IMG/VR virus record: IMGVR_UViG_3300031890_000005 | Coordinates: 603-64,602 of that record | Length of the DNA: 64,000 nucleotides | Source of the DNA: a virus | Taxonomy: Duplodnaviria > Caudoviricetes | Reading direction: 5' to 3' (one strand) | Shown: in pieces, positions 1 to 9,018 of the stretch | How positions within the stretch are numbered: position 1 is the first letter of the stretch | Layout: each line of letters opens with the position of its first letter | Position numbers and translations under genes: made by a program | The notes under the pieces: model-generated | Told to the model about the DNA's origin: nothing | What the model saw: only the letters and a program-made list of their open reading frames with translations | The model's database searches: none

Positions 1-2
1 TG

Positions 3-146
3 GTCAAGGGCGAGGACTTCGAGACCGAGGTCGACACGTTCCAGACCACGTGTCTGATCCGGGCGCGGAAGCGCGGGATCAAGATCGTGACCAAGAAGTT
101 GGCGGGTAACCGCCTGGCGGTCAAGAAGACCGCAGACAAGCGGTGA
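3..146 (+). CDS. 3' end of a small hypothetical protein (partial; resembles 20078-20305)
   Basis: Open frame VKGEDFETEVDTFQTTCLIRARKRGIKIVTKKLAGNRLAVKKTADKR to TGA at 144-146, followed by a terminator. Confidence 0.7.
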   Translation, partial: VKGEDFETEVDTFQTTCLIRARKRGIKIVTKKLAGNRLAVKKTADKR

Positions 147-156
147 CCGGGTAGGG

Positions 157-191
157 AAGGGCCCGTCCGACGAGAGTCGGGCGGGCCTTTT
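157..191 (+). terminator. Intrinsic terminator
   Basis: Stem AAGGGCCCGTCCGAC / GTCGGGCGGGCCTTT with GAGA tetraloop and a T-tract, directly after a stop codon. Confidence 0.8.
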
Positions 192-333
192 CCGCGCCTC
201 AAGGGGCCAGCGTTGCCACCTTTGTGCCACCGCGTGCCATGGGCCCATGGATCCCTGAGTGGCCCACGGATTCCATAGGTGTTCTGCGTGCCATGGGGCA
301 AGATCGGGCCCACTGCTTTACCACGGGTAGGCT

Positions 334-364
334 ATTGAAATCCCCCCGAGCCATGTGATATAAT
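334..364 (+). promoter_or_regulatory. Sigma70/HrdB-type promoter
   Basis: TTGAAA-18 bp-TATAAT with extended -10 TG, AT-rich downstream, then SD AGGAGGTGA before ATG 427. Confidence 0.85.
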
Positions 365-426
365 TATTACATAATAAAATAATAAAACAAGTCCACCAAG
401 ACAGCACAGTAAGGAGGTGAAAAGCC

Positions 427-861
427 ATGGCAAGCAAAGTTCCAGACGGGAGCATCCGGTTCGTATCAATGTCGCGTGCAAGTCAAGTCGTACCAATGAC
501 GCGAGTGATTGAAGACGACGAGACCATAACGATGACGGACGGCAAGGACAGCGTCACGCTAGTCAAGAGTGAAGATCCAAACCGGGTCACGCGCAGAACG
601 CTAACGCGCAACGAGGTCCCGCCAAAGCGTGAGGGTAAGCGCAAGCATCATCCACACAGGTGGTCCGGCGAGGAGTTCACGAAGAACCACGTGAGAGCCG
701 CGTACAGCCACGTAAGTGAAGATGGTGTCGAGCGTGACATTCCGATGACAGGAACGCGTCCCGAGGAGTGGCGAGGGACAATGAGTCCTGAGCTAACCAG
801 CGAAGTGATCGAGGGCGAAGTCCCAGCAGGGTATCAAGATCCGTTCTGGAGGGCGGTGTAA
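427..861 (+). CDS. Hypothetical protein
   Basis: First ORF after promoter, perfect SD. Confidence 0.8.
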   Translation: MASKVPDGSIRFVSMSRASQVVPMTRVIEDDETITMTDGKDSVTLVKSEDPNRVTRRTLTRNEVPPKREGKRKHHPHRWSGEEFTKNHVRAAYSHVSEDGVERDIPMTGTRPEEWRGTMSPELTSEVIEGEVPAGYQDPFWRAV

Positions 862-862
862 G

Positions 863-1174
863 ATGGAGTACAGTGCAGAGCGAGAGCAGCGCACTGCGCA
901 AGCAGTGCGAAGGCAGATCGAGGTCGATCTGACCGAGTTGGGCAATGCGATCCACGCGATCAAGCACGGTCGTTATCAAGCCGCGATCGGGCTAATCGAT
1001 CAGACAATGGACCGCATGCAGATCCTGAAAGAGACAGCGTGGGCACCAGTCGTTGAGGAACAGTGCATACATCCAAACCTGTTCGCGCGAGGGCAGGAAG
1101 CGTATGTCGGTGTTGAGAATCCGACCGAGCACTGCTGGACCTGCGATAAAGACATCCCAATCAGCGAGTTGTGA
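863..1174 (+). CDS. Hypothetical protein (C-terminal Cys/His cluster)
   Basis: Operon packing; C..H...CxxC motif. Confidence 0.75.
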   Translation: MEYSAEREQRTAQAVRRQIEVDLTELGNAIHAIKHGRYQAAIGLIDQTMDRMQILKETAWAPVVEEQCIHPNLFARGQEAYVGVENPTEHCWTCDKDIPISEL

Positions 1175-1183
1175 GGAGAAACA

Positions 1184-1402
1184 ATGTCAGCCATGATAGA
1201 CCTGATCGAGGAGATCAGTGACGTGCAGATGACAGACACCGGCAGGTGGTGCACGTTCGAGACCGCGCTTCAGTGTGTGTACGACGACAAGCGAGACGTT
1301 GCCGGCGATGAGCTGGAGACCGAAGCGAGGCGAACCGAAGCAGCAGAAGACATACCACTGCTAGAGCGGCTAGCACAGTTCCTAGAGATCGAGGTCAAGT
1401 GA
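1184..1402 (+). CDS. Hypothetical protein
   Basis: SD GAGGAG; operon packing. Confidence 0.75.
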   Translation: MSAMIDLIEEISDVQMTDTGRWCTFETALQCVYDDKRDVAGDELETEARRTEAAEDIPLLERLAQFLEIEVK

Positions 1403-1536
1403 TGAAGACCATGCATGAGCTACAATGGTTCCATGACATGCTGGAGTGGGCCCGTGAGAACGGCCTGGAGGTCAGCGTAGCCCATCTGGGCAACCGGATG
1501 GTCGAGATCACGCTAGTCGTGAAGGACGACAGCTGA
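1402..1536 (+). CDS. Hypothetical 44-aa protein (not in ORF track)
   Basis: ATG overlaps the previous TGA; MKTMHELQWFHDMLEWARENGLEVSVAHLGNRMVEITLVVKDDS. Confidence 0.65.
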   Translation: MKTMHELQWFHDMLEWARENGLEVSVAHLGNRMVEITLVVKDDS

Positions 1537-1606
1537 CGGTTGTGCTCGGGACAACCCGAGCTCAGCCGTGAGTTGGGCAGTCCAACTCAGGAAGGAGAGA
1601 AGTCAG

Positions 1607-1798
1607 GTGAACGAGCAAGACTACAAGAACCTGATCGCGGACAAGGACGAAGCCATCGTCGAGCTTGCGCATGTAGCAGACAACCTGCTAGAGCGTCTAA
1701 GCGAGATCGACCCGACGATAGGCATGAACAAGAAGGGCGTCCTGTACAGCGCAATCAACAGCAAGATCAGGTTCTATGCAAGGAAGGCGGACAGCTGA
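1607..1798 (+). CDS. Hypothetical protein
   Basis: GTG start after SD GAAGGAG; coiled-coil-like N-terminus. Confidence 0.7.
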   Translation: MNEQDYKNLIADKDEAIVELAHVADNLLERLSEIDPTIGMNKKGVLYSAINSKIRFYARKADS

Positions 1799-1977
1799 TG
1801 CCGTACGTGAGAGTGTACGACGATGCAGGGAACGTGCAGTCCAGCACGCACACGGACAGGGACGGCAAGCTGTTCCTGCTCCAGTCTGAGGTGCAGGACT
1901 TTGCCGATCAGCTCCCACTAGGCTGGTACGTTGAAGACGACAAGACCGGCACGCAGTACATGAGGGAGGAGTCATGA
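1798..1977 (+). CDS. Hypothetical protein
   Basis: TGATG coupling; MPYVRVYDDAGNV... Confidence 0.7.
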   Translation: MPYVRVYDDAGNVQSSTHTDRDGKLFLLQSEVQDFADQLPLGWYVEDDKTGTQYMREES

Positions 1978-2261
1978 GTACCGTCATAATCTGCTGGGCC
2001 GATGAACATCGTCCGGCCAGCCCAGTCGGCACCGTGCCGCAGGAGATCGTTGATGCCGATACAGAGCGCGCGGTCAACTGGGCAAAGGAATGGTGTCAGA
2101 CCGCAGTCAATCGTGAAGAGCAGGACGTGCTACCGCTGCTCGAATGGAAGCACTACCTGTCCAGAGGCAGCGGTCCAGGCACGGCGCACTACGTCGCCAA
2201 GCCTGACATTCCCGAGAAGGACGAGACGTTCGAGATCTGGATCGTCGGTGAAGTCAAGTGA
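1974..2261 (+). CDS. Hypothetical protein
   Basis: ATGA coupling, SD GGAGGAG. Confidence 0.75.
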   Translation: MSTVIICWADEHRPASPVGTVPQEIVDADTERAVNWAKEWCQTAVNREEQDVLPLLEWKHYLSRGSGPGTAHYVAKPDIPEKDETFEIWIVGEVK

Positions 2262-2470
2262 TGACCGATGAGAACTTGTACGTTGCAATCGTACGCCGTC
2301 GCGAGCCGATCTCAGGCGTAGCGATCCAGCCGGAGCACTACGTCGGTCCGCTGGAAGATGCACAGATGCATCTCTTCGAGGACCACTTCGAGGAGAACTA
2401 CGGGAACGTGTACTACGTCGACGAGGTCGTGCAACTGTTCAGCCCGTATCAACTCAAGGAGATGATCTAA
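2258..2470 (+). CDS. Hypothetical protein
   Basis: Stop/start coupling. Confidence 0.7.
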   Translation: MMTDENLYVAIVRRREPISGVAIQPEHYVGPLEDAQMHLFEDHFEENYGNVYYVDEVVQLFSPYQLKEMI

Positions 2471-2473
2471 GCC

Positions 2474-2602
2474 ATGTATGGCATCAACGACATCATGCAG
2501 ATCGTGAACGACCCGACTGCTTCAGTCAGGGACATCACAGCCGGTCTGTACACCATCGGCAGTCAGCACTATGACGGAAGGGACGACGATGCCGAAGCGT
2601 AG
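2474..2602 (+). CDS. Hypothetical 42-aa protein (not in ORF track)
   Basis: MYGINDIMQIVNDPTASVRDITAGLYTIGSQHYDGRDDDAEA fills the gap; AAGGAG upstream. Confidence 0.55.
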   Translation: MYGINDIMQIVNDPTASVRDITAGLYTIGSQHYDGRDDDAEA

Positions 2603-2699
2603 GAACAGCAGTAGCGGTCCCAAGCGATCGAAGTCGGTCGCGAGGGCGAGGCGCAGGGTGCAAAAGGCATCCCGCAGGAACAACAGGAGGAAGTCATGA
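2589..2699 (+). CDS. Highly basic 36-aa peptide (not in ORF track)
   Basis: MPKRRNSSSGPKRSKSVARARRRVQKASRRNNRRKS; its TGA overlaps the next ATG. Confidence 0.55.
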   Translation: MPKRRNSSSGPKRSKSVARARRRVQKASRRNNRRKS

Positions 2700-2965
2700 T
2701 CCTTGCAGTGTCAGCAGCAGCGTTGCTCATCCCGCTCTCAGCGGGTGTAAACGCACCCCAGTACCACTCAGGCACCTGCGAGTGGAACAACCCCGACGCG
2801 AAGGTCCTGTGCGTCCATCGCGCGCCACCGAGCGTGTGCAAGGAAGCAGGAATGGTGATCTACACCAGGAAGCATGCAGCCCGCATCGTCGAGCCATGCT
2901 GGTGGTGGGTCGGTAGTGACAGCATGATCGTGTTCGATTGGCGCGGCCGAGTCACTTCATCGTAG
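2696..2965 (+). CDS. Putative secreted Cys-containing protein
   Basis: Hydrophobic N-terminus ending in an AxA-like site; several Cys; SD AGGAGG. Confidence 0.65.
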   Translation: MILAVSAAALLIPLSAGVNAPQYHSGTCEWNNPDAKVLCVHRAPPSVCKEAGMVIYTRKHAARIVEPCWWWVGSDSMIVFDWRGRVTSS

Positions 2966-3030
2966 TCACCTCAGTTGAGCGCCGGTCCCGAAGGCTAACG
3001 TCGGGACCGGTACTGAAAGGAGGTGAGCAA

Positions 3031-3234
3031 ATGCCGACAGGTAACGAAATGCGACGGCAACGGTTCCAAGAGAAAGGGTACAAGCAAGTCGAAGTCTGGC
3101 TGCCAGGGCTAGCTAGGAAGCGTGTGGAGATTGCAAAGGCCATGCGCGGAGATCGAGGCGTCAACGACGTGATCGAAGAAGCAGTCGAGGAGTGGCTAGA
3201 CAGACATGGCATACCCAAGGAGTTCCCAGTCTGA
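3031..3234 (+). CDS. Ribbon-helix-helix DNA-binding protein
   Basis: KQVEVWLP strand followed by two helices (DVIEEAVEEWLD); SD GAAAGGAGGTGA. Confidence 0.65.
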   Translation: MPTGNEMRRQRFQEKGYKQVEVWLPGLARKRVEIAKAMRGDRGVNDVIEEAVEEWLDRHGIPKEFPV

Positions 3235-3247
3235 AAGGAGGTGAAGC

Positions 3248-3556
3248 ATGAGAATCCATGTCAAGCAAGTTACAGCTGCAGGTCTAGCCGTTCTAGCCAT
3301 CGGTTGTGGAGCCAGCCAATCAGCGCACCATAAGGTGTCAAAACCGTTCGCGCAAGGCGACTGCATTACAACCAGCCTGGCAAAGGGTCATACAACGTTC
3401 GAGTACTACCGGACAGCCTGCAACAACGCTCAGTACCTGGTCATCACAGTGATACCAGGCTACCCAACGGTCGAGGCAGCGAATAAGTGCAAAAGCCCAC
3501 TTACCGCGATGCCCGACTACAGCCACAACGTCACGTACTGTCTGAAGGGCTCGTGA
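3248..3556 (+). CDS. Putative lipoprotein
   Basis: Signal peptide with lipobox LAIG-C; further Cys residues; perfect SD. Confidence 0.7.
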   Translation: MRIHVKQVTAAGLAVLAIGCGASQSAHHKVSKPFAQGDCITTSLAKGHTTFEYYRTACNNAQYLVITVIPGYPTVEAANKCKSPLTAMPDYSHNVTYCLKGS

Positions 3557-3584
3557 GCTACAGTACGCCAAGTAAGGAGAGCAA

Positions 3585-3848
3585 GTGATAGACGCAAGCG
3601 AGGGAGGCATCCGAGCATTCCTGCTCGAGTATGCATGGCTCGGTACGCCGGAAGAGCAAGAGCGCGAAGTCGAGTGCATCATGCACCAAGACGGCTGGCG
3701 CTTCGTCGATGCGTGGGCCGATCAGTTCGCCGGCGCGCAGCAGGAGCCCGGCCCCCAGGCGTTCCAGGAGGGGCTCGGATTCGCGATCAGTGCACTGTAC
3801 GAGTGTCATGAAGGTCCGCACCTAGCCGCCTGTCCGCACAACAAATAA
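3585..3848 (+). CDS. Hypothetical protein
   Basis: SD AAGGAG, GTG start. Confidence 0.7.
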   Translation: MIDASEGGIRAFLLEYAWLGTPEEQEREVECIMHQDGWRFVDAWADQFAGAQQEPGPQAFQEGLGFAISALYECHEGPHLAACPHNK

Positions 3849-3865
3849 AAACCCGAAGTTATGGG

Positions 3866-3896
3866 CTAGATTTTCCAAGCGGGCCTGTTATATAAT
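3866..3896 (+). promoter_or_regulatory. Conserved phage promoter
   Basis: CTAGATT...CCTGTTATATAATATAATTA, nearly identical to the promoter at 14269. Confidence 0.8.
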
Positions 3897-3926
3897 ATAA
3901 TTAGGACCAAACCTATCGCGAAGAAG

Positions 3927-4121
3927 GTGTACGTGAGTACAGATCGCAGGCAAGGCAACACAGCCAGGAGGCCAATCGTTGTCATGATCGAGCTCAAGTG
4001 GAGCGAGATCCCAGACGATATCGCGGAGTGGCTGTTCAGTCAGTGCCCGGAGGACGCGTACCCTGAGGGTACGCTCAGCGGGCAGAAGCATTACACGACC
4101 AGGATACTGATCAAGGAGTAA
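3927..4121 (+). CDS. Hypothetical protein (start uncertain)
   Basis: First ORF after promoter. Confidence 0.55.
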   Translation: MYVSTDRRQGNTARRPIVVMIELKWSEIPDDIAEWLFSQCPEDAYPEGTLSGQKHYTTRILIKE

Positions 4122-4122
4122 C

Positions 4123-4473
4123 GTGCGGTACTGTATAGATACCGGCTATCCGCTAGACGGTCCGGAGCCTGATCTAGGCGGGATCATGGGCGGTCTAAGC
4201 GAGTCAGCAGGTGCCGGATTCGGCATACGCGACGAGCAGTGGTACGTCAAGGGTCACACTCGAGCGTTCGAGCTTGCCATGGCGTGCGCACATGAACTGG
4301 GCGTGGAGCTCAACGCCGAGCCGGTGAGCGACATCGCTCCGTACGTCAGCATGTACTGGGAGCCGGGGCTCACAATCCTGTACCTGATTAAGAACCGTGA
4401 CTGGCGAGCCATGCGCGACGATATCCGCAATGACGGGTGGGCCAAAACACTGCGAGAATGGTTCAGGCGGTGA
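4123..4473 (+). CDS. Hypothetical protein
   Basis: SD AAGGAG; operon packing. Confidence 0.7.
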   Translation: MRYCIDTGYPLDGPEPDLGGIMGGLSESAGAGFGIRDEQWYVKGHTRAFELAMACAHELGVELNAEPVSDIAPYVSMYWEPGLTILYLIKNRDWRAMRDDIRNDGWAKTLREWFRR

Positions 4474-4475
4474 AC

Positions 4476-4871
4476 ATGGGCAAGATCAATGACATCCTGC
4501 CAGGAACATACACATTCGAGGTAACCGCGCGCGCAGTGACGACGTCAGCCACAGAGTGGCAGGAGGCAATCGAGCAACAGGTCTACGCGTACGAGACCAC
4601 CGGCTACTACATTTCGACGCAGCCGACAGACGAATCGCGTACGTACCGTATGATCCTGAAAGTCGCCGGCACATACGAGGACGACATGGACGGGTTGCTC
4701 GAGGACATCATTCAAGTCACAGGCAACTTCTATGCGGATGATGGCTTGTACGTTAGGTACACTGATCCTGAAGGACGGCTCGTCAACGAGTACGAAGTCA
4801 GATGCACCTGCGGAGACCATGCCGTCAACGAGGCCATCCAGTACACACGTTCATCAAAAGACGAAACTTAA
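4476..4871 (+). CDS. Hypothetical protein
   Basis: ATG 2 nt after previous stop. Confidence 0.7.
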   Translation: MGKINDILPGTYTFEVTARAVTTSATEWQEAIEQQVYAYETTGYYISTQPTDESRTYRMILKVAGTYEDDMDGLLEDIIQVTGNFYADDGLYVRYTDPEGRLVNEYEVRCTCGDHAVNEAIQYTRSSKDET

Positions 4872-4904
4872 TCCAGCACAACCCGGAAAGAAAGAATGAA
4901 CTAG

Positions 4905-5069
4905 ATGGGTAACATACACAAAGAGATGGCAGAGGACGGTGCGCATGATGATCCAATCCGCCTCACCCACGCGGTCCTGTACCTAGCAGACCAACTCGAC
5001 GAGTTCCGTCAGCAACTACACGACGACATTGAAGAGATCAAGGCAACCATGCTGCACAAGCGTCGTTGA
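4905..5069 (+). CDS. Hypothetical 54-aa protein (not in ORF track)
   Basis: MGNIHKEMAEDGAHDDPIRLTHAVLYLADQLDEFRQQLHDDIEEIKATMLHKRR. Confidence 0.6.
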   Translation: MGNIHKEMAEDGAHDDPIRLTHAVLYLADQLDEFRQQLHDDIEEIKATMLHKRR

Positions 5070-5122
5070 TTGAAAGGGCGGTCTACGGACCGTTCCTTTG
5101 AATCAACGAAGGGAGGTGAAAC

Positions 5123-5395
5123 ATGGCAAAGATGATCACAGCCATCGTGACTGCGGATGAAAGCGAAGGCTTTCACCGTGACGTCAATGGTGCCGAGCAG
5201 CTGGTTTACCCAGTACATGCAAGCCAGCTGACCGAACCAGCCGTTGAGGGGTTCCATCCGGGCAAGATCGTCAACGCACTGCTCGAGATCGACCTGGAGG
5301 ACCTGATCGACGTCCTGCATCAGTTCGTTCCCGAGATGGCGGTCGACGCGTGGGTCGCGAACATCCAGCGGCTCAAGGAGATCCCACCTGAGTAA
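5123..5395 (+). CDS. Hypothetical protein
   Basis: SD GGGAGGTGA preceded by a UACG-capped hairpin. Confidence 0.75.
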   Translation: MAKMITAIVTADESEGFHRDVNGAEQLVYPVHASQLTEPAVEGFHPGKIVNALLEIDLEDLIDVLHQFVPEMAVDAWVANIQRLKEIPPE

Positions 5396-5505
5396 GTGAA
5401 GGCTGCGGTACACGGCGGGGCACGTGTGCCGTGGGGTCCACTTAAGGAGGTACAAGACCATGACACCCCCGGCAACCACGGGGCAAGAGTTTCACTTAAT
5501 TGCCT

Positions 5506-5536
5506 CTTGACGGCCCCCCCTGGATCGTGATATAAT
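5506..5536 (+). promoter_or_regulatory. Conserved phage promoter
   Basis: TTGACG-18 bp-TATAAT with extended -10; long identity with 11404-11473. Confidence 0.85.
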
Positions 5537-5595
5537 TAAATATAACCAAATAAAATACGGTTACGAAGCCAGCGAGCGAGGGAGGTGAAACAAGC

Positions 5596-5937
5596 ATGAA
5601 CGAGCGCATGTTCACGGTTACAGCAAAGGACGAGGAGTGGGACGAGGTGTTCCACGCGTTCGGGACGCTCGAGGGTAGCGAAGGCTACACTAGTGCGTCA
5701 CATCGAGCCGAAACGCGGATTAGCGAGCAGCTAGGCGAGCAAGGCTACGAGTGGCATCCTGAAGACGCCGATAGCTGTCAGATGGACGCAACCGATGATA
5801 ACGCAGTCCTCGTCGCGCGCATCACGTCAAGAATGGAACCGCTCGAGGTGTACAACGAACTCAAGCGGTTGTACGGTGATCGACCCGAGGTCGTCGACGA
5901 CATCCGTAGCCTACTAGGCGAGGCAGGATACCAGTGA
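5596..5937 (+). CDS. Hypothetical protein
   Basis: Perfect SD after promoter. Confidence 0.8.
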   Translation: MNERMFTVTAKDEEWDEVFHAFGTLEGSEGYTSASHRAETRISEQLGEQGYEWHPEDADSCQMDATDDNAVLVARITSRMEPLEVYNELKRLYGDRPEVVDDIRSLLGEAGYQ

Positions 5938-6257
5938 AGGCGGTACCAGGGCACAGTGGCGAGGAGCTGCTGCGCAAGGAAATCGACCTCAGCGAGGCCG
6001 AATACGGTGAAGCCGCATGGACAGGCGGAATCCGCAAGCACCTCCTCGAGCTAGGAGCGCGGATCCTGGCGGCGGCAATGACAAGCCCTGCTGAGATCGA
6101 TGCAGCCATTGAGGACTATGTGCTTGATGAAGGCGAGAGCCCGGAGCAAGCAGCAAGGGACTGCGCGGACTTCATCATCGGCGAAAAGAAGGACCGGATC
6201 AAGATTCTGATCTGGGGAGCGTTCGATACAACGGAACCGGAGAGGTCAAATGACTGA
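5934..6257 (+). CDS. Hypothetical protein
   Basis: GTGA coupling. Confidence 0.7.
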   Translation: MKAVPGHSGEELLRKEIDLSEAEYGEAAWTGGIRKHLLELGARILAAAMTSPAEIDAAIEDYVLDEGESPEQAARDCADFIIGEKKDRIKILIWGAFDTTEPERSND

Positions 6258-6513
6258 GCCTGATCCGAAAACAACACCGGTACATCCGTGGCCGCATGAC
6301 TACAGGCAGCTCAACGAGGAGGAGGCAAGAGACGCAATCCTGTTCGCGGGCCATGCAGACAACCCGAACTTCAAGGTCGACGGAGCCCTGCTAGGGCTTC
6401 TCGAGAAGGGCGAAGTCGTGTTCGCGATGGGGCCCGGAAACAAGCTCAACATACAAGCGACGAAGTTCGCACTGGAGGAAGACGATGGCAGAACCGGAGA
6501 GGCCCAATCCTGA
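6250..6513 (+). CDS. Hypothetical protein, paralog of the 9873-10364 N-terminus
   Basis: Shared DPK.TP..PWP.D..QL...EA...FKVD.AL motif. Confidence 0.75.
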   Translation: MTEPDPKTTPVHPWPHDYRQLNEEEARDAILFAGHADNPNFKVDGALLGLLEKGEVVFAMGPGNKLNIQATKFALEEDDGRTGEAQS

Positions 6514-6715
6514 CCATCTCGCGTGGCAGAAGATCTGTCCATTCTCGAACATGACGCATGCAACGTGTAACATGCCCGACGTGCCTGAAGGCCTATCAGC
6601 CGCGCACATCGGGTGGCACGCCGAGCGCATGGTCGAGATCGGGGAATGGGAAGTCGCGCCCGGGATGGGAGCCGACGACCCAGACTATGTCGCGTACAGA
6701 TTGAAGGAGCAATGA
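6485..6715 (+). CDS. Hypothetical protein (Cys/His motif)
   Basis: SD GGAGG; CP...H..C...H pattern. Confidence 0.65.
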   Translation: MAEPERPNPDHLAWQKICPFSNMTHATCNMPDVPEGLSAAHIGWHAERMVEIGEWEVAPGMGADDPDYVAYRLKEQ

Positions 6716-6978
6716 CCGACGAGCCTGACCTGACCGAATACGACAAAGCACCAGTCATTGCCGAGTTGTGCGAATGGTGCGGAGAGGGGGAGGATGACGA
6801 AGCAGGACCCGTCCGTGAGTTCAACGGCGGTGACGAGATCATGCACTCCGGGTGTATGTACTCGTATGAGCACGGCGGGATACGCAAGGTCCTTACTGAG
6901 GCCGAAGCCGCGGAACGTCAAGCCGCATACGACGACGAGTGGCCGCAACTAGGCGCACCATGGTGGGAGAATCGATGA
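6712..6978 (+). CDS. Hypothetical protein (CxxC...HxxC)
   Basis: ATGA coupling, SD AAGGAG. Confidence 0.7.
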   Translation: MTDEPDLTEYDKAPVIAELCEWCGEGEDDEAGPVREFNGGDEIMHSGCMYSYEHGGIRKVLTEAEAAERQAAYDDEWPQLGAPWWENR

Positions 6979-7451
6979 ACGATGACAAGATGAGTTTCGT
7001 CGTATCAGCAGGACACGACGAATACGGTCCGCAAGAGGTTCCAGGCCTGACGGTCGAGGACTACACGATCGAGGTTCTACGAGCAGCCATCTCGGGCGAC
7101 TTTGAAGGCGAAGTTCCCGGCTGGAAGGACGCAGTCGTTGAGGGCACTATCGTGTCCATCAACGGCGGCGACTACGATCTCATGTTCGAGAGCTTCTACT
7201 GGTGGAGCGGATCGCGCGAAGCCGTCGAGGCGGGGCTCGAGTCGCTGATGAAGGAGGTATCAAACGGCCCGTACGGGGCCGACGACGACACGTTCGACTA
7301 CTGGCCGAGCGGCGTGCGCTACGCGCAGCAGGTCGCTGACCAGCTCAGTTCAACACACCGTATCAAGATCGATGAGGCCGCGAAGCACGCGATCATGACC
7401 AAGCGGCCGCAGTTCGCGGACGAGCTGTTCAACAGTTGCCGTCTCACGTGA
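6975..7451 (+). CDS. Hypothetical acidic protein
   Basis: ATGA coupling. Confidence 0.75.
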   Translation: MNDDKMSFVVSAGHDEYGPQEVPGLTVEDYTIEVLRAAISGDFEGEVPGWKDAVVEGTIVSINGGDYDLMFESFYWWSGSREAVEAGLESLMKEVSNGPYGADDDTFDYWPSGVRYAQQVADQLSSTHRIKIDEAAKHAIMTKRPQFADELFNSCRLT

Positions 7452-7540
7452 ACGGGTTCTTCTCGACGCCGGTCGTGATCACGCTCGCCGTGATCCTCTG
7501 TCTGGCAGTGATAGGAGCGTTCATGAACGATAGATCCTAA
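7448..7540 (+). CDS. 30-aa single-pass membrane peptide (not in ORF track)
   Basis: GTGA coupling; MNGFFSTPVVITLAVILCLAVIGAFMNDRS. Confidence 0.55.
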   Translation: MNGFFSTPVVITLAVILCLAVIGAFMNDRS

Positions 7541-7607
7541 CGCAGGTCGTGATGGACAGCTCTGGGGCACTGTCCATTGCGAGGTACGTTAGGACAGGAG
7601 GTGAAAC

Positions 7608-7844
7608 ATGCAGATTATATTCAAGGACGAGCAAGAGCGTGCGTCCGGCAAGCAGGCAGCGGCGGCGCTACTGAACGCAGGTGATTTCCTCACCGATGCG
7701 TGGAATCAAGACCTATGGCTGGCGATTGCCAAGAGCGCTTGGGACTGCTCGGAAGAGATCGCGCTCAGTGCCCTGAGGGAGTTCTCGGGACGTACCCGAG
7801 TCAGGAAGACTCTGCGGTATCTAGAGACACATTCCGGGAGGTGA
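7608..7844 (+). CDS. Hypothetical protein
   Basis: Hairpin plus perfect SD. Confidence 0.75.
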   Translation: MQIIFKDEQERASGKQAAAALLNAGDFLTDAWNQDLWLAIAKSAWDCSEEIALSALREFSGRTRVRKTLRYLETHSGR

Positions 7845-7849
7845 AAGAC

Positions 7850-8128
7850 ATGGACGAACGACCGCCGTACCCGCAAAAGTTCCTGCGTGTGATCTTTACG
7901 GTCGAGTGCGAGTGGACCGATGAGGGTGGAGTTGACCCCGACCTGGTTCGGCATTTCCAGCAGGTTATCGATCTGTCGCGCGAAGACCTGATCACCGAGG
8001 CGATTGACAACCTGGCAGGAGACCCGATCACGGATCATCTTGCCCGTGTGGACGCTGTTGTCGTGCGAGGCGAGTACCGTATGGAGGACGGCGAGGTGGT
8101 GACCTATGAGCGAAGGAGCGGTGTGTGA
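7850..8128 (+). CDS. Hypothetical protein
   Basis: SD GGGAGGTGA. Confidence 0.75.
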   Translation: MDERPPYPQKFLRVIFTVECEWTDEGGVDPDLVRHFQQVIDLSREDLITEAIDNLAGDPITDHLARVDAVVVRGEYRMEDGEVVTYERRSGV

Positions 8129-8517
8129 TGCGCCTCAGGCTCAATGACGTCCGCAACGCGAAGTACTACTGTACCAAACATGAGTGCCCGCTAGTGCCCA
8201 ACTCGCAGAGCTTCATGGATCCTGCAAGAACAGTAGCGGAGGTCCACGCCCGCAGTCCCGAGCTTCCGGATGATGCGGTACGGCTTCTCGTGAATATCCT
8301 GGAGACCTACGGGCACACAAGGTGCTCGATGAGCCCGGCAAGTCGCATATGGCCGGACTACATGATCGGCGAGATGTACTTTACCTGTCCCGCGGCCGAA
8401 GCCGAATTCGGAATCGACGCGCTCACTGAAGGCAAAAACGTCGAGCCGTATGAAGACCTAGGGCGATTCCTTCAACAGGACTGGCCGTACTGGGTCATGG
8501 AAGTAACACTCACGTAA
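8125..8517 (+). CDS. Hypothetical protein (Cys/His-containing)
   Basis: Stop/start coupling. Confidence 0.7.
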   Translation: MMRLRLNDVRNAKYYCTKHECPLVPNSQSFMDPARTVAEVHARSPELPDDAVRLLVNILETYGHTRCSMSPASRIWPDYMIGEMYFTCPAAEAEFGIDALTEGKNVEPYEDLGRFLQQDWPYWVMEVTLT

Positions 8518-8528
8518 GGAGGTGAAAC

Positions 8529-8798
8529 ATGACTGACTGGAAAGAGGAAGTCGATCCGCACTGGCGTGAGAGGCTACAGGAACGTTGGGAGCGCGCCGAC
8601 AAGATGGGCGCGACCAAGGTACAGGAGATTCCGTTGCCTTGGAGACATCGCCGGATAGGGATAGTCGTTGCGATCGAGTATCCGCCCGACCGCCCAGCAG
8701 TTGTCGACCTGGTGTTTGAGGACGGACTACGAATGGCCGAGACGAAAGATTCCCGCTACATTCGACATGCTAACGGTTGGGGATACCCAGATGAGTGA
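8529..8798 (+). CDS. Hypothetical protein
   Basis: Perfect SD. Confidence 0.75.
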   Translation: MTDWKEEVDPHWRERLQERWERADKMGATKVQEIPLPWRHRRIGIVVAIEYPPDRPAVVDLVFEDGLRMAETKDSRYIRHANGWGYPDE

Positions 8799-9018
8799 AC
8801 CACCGAGATATCCCGACGACGAGCCGGTAGCGCCTGAGGTGCTGAAAGAGTTCCTATCGGGATATGTAGCAGGCAATCCGTTTGCTAAGCAAGCATTGGC
8901 GGACGCGATCGCAGTTGGCATGCTCCCGATGGACAATAACAGGATCATTCACTTCAATCTCCCAGGACTGAAGTGGATGGAGTGGCGTGAACAGCAACTA
9001 CGAATCGAGGCAAACTAG
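8791..9018 (+). CDS. Hypothetical protein
   Basis: 8-nt overlap with upstream gene. Confidence 0.65.
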   Translation: MSEPPRYPDDEPVAPEVLKEFLSGYVAGNPFAKQALADAIAVGMLPMDNNRIIHFNLPGLKWMEWREQQLRIEAN

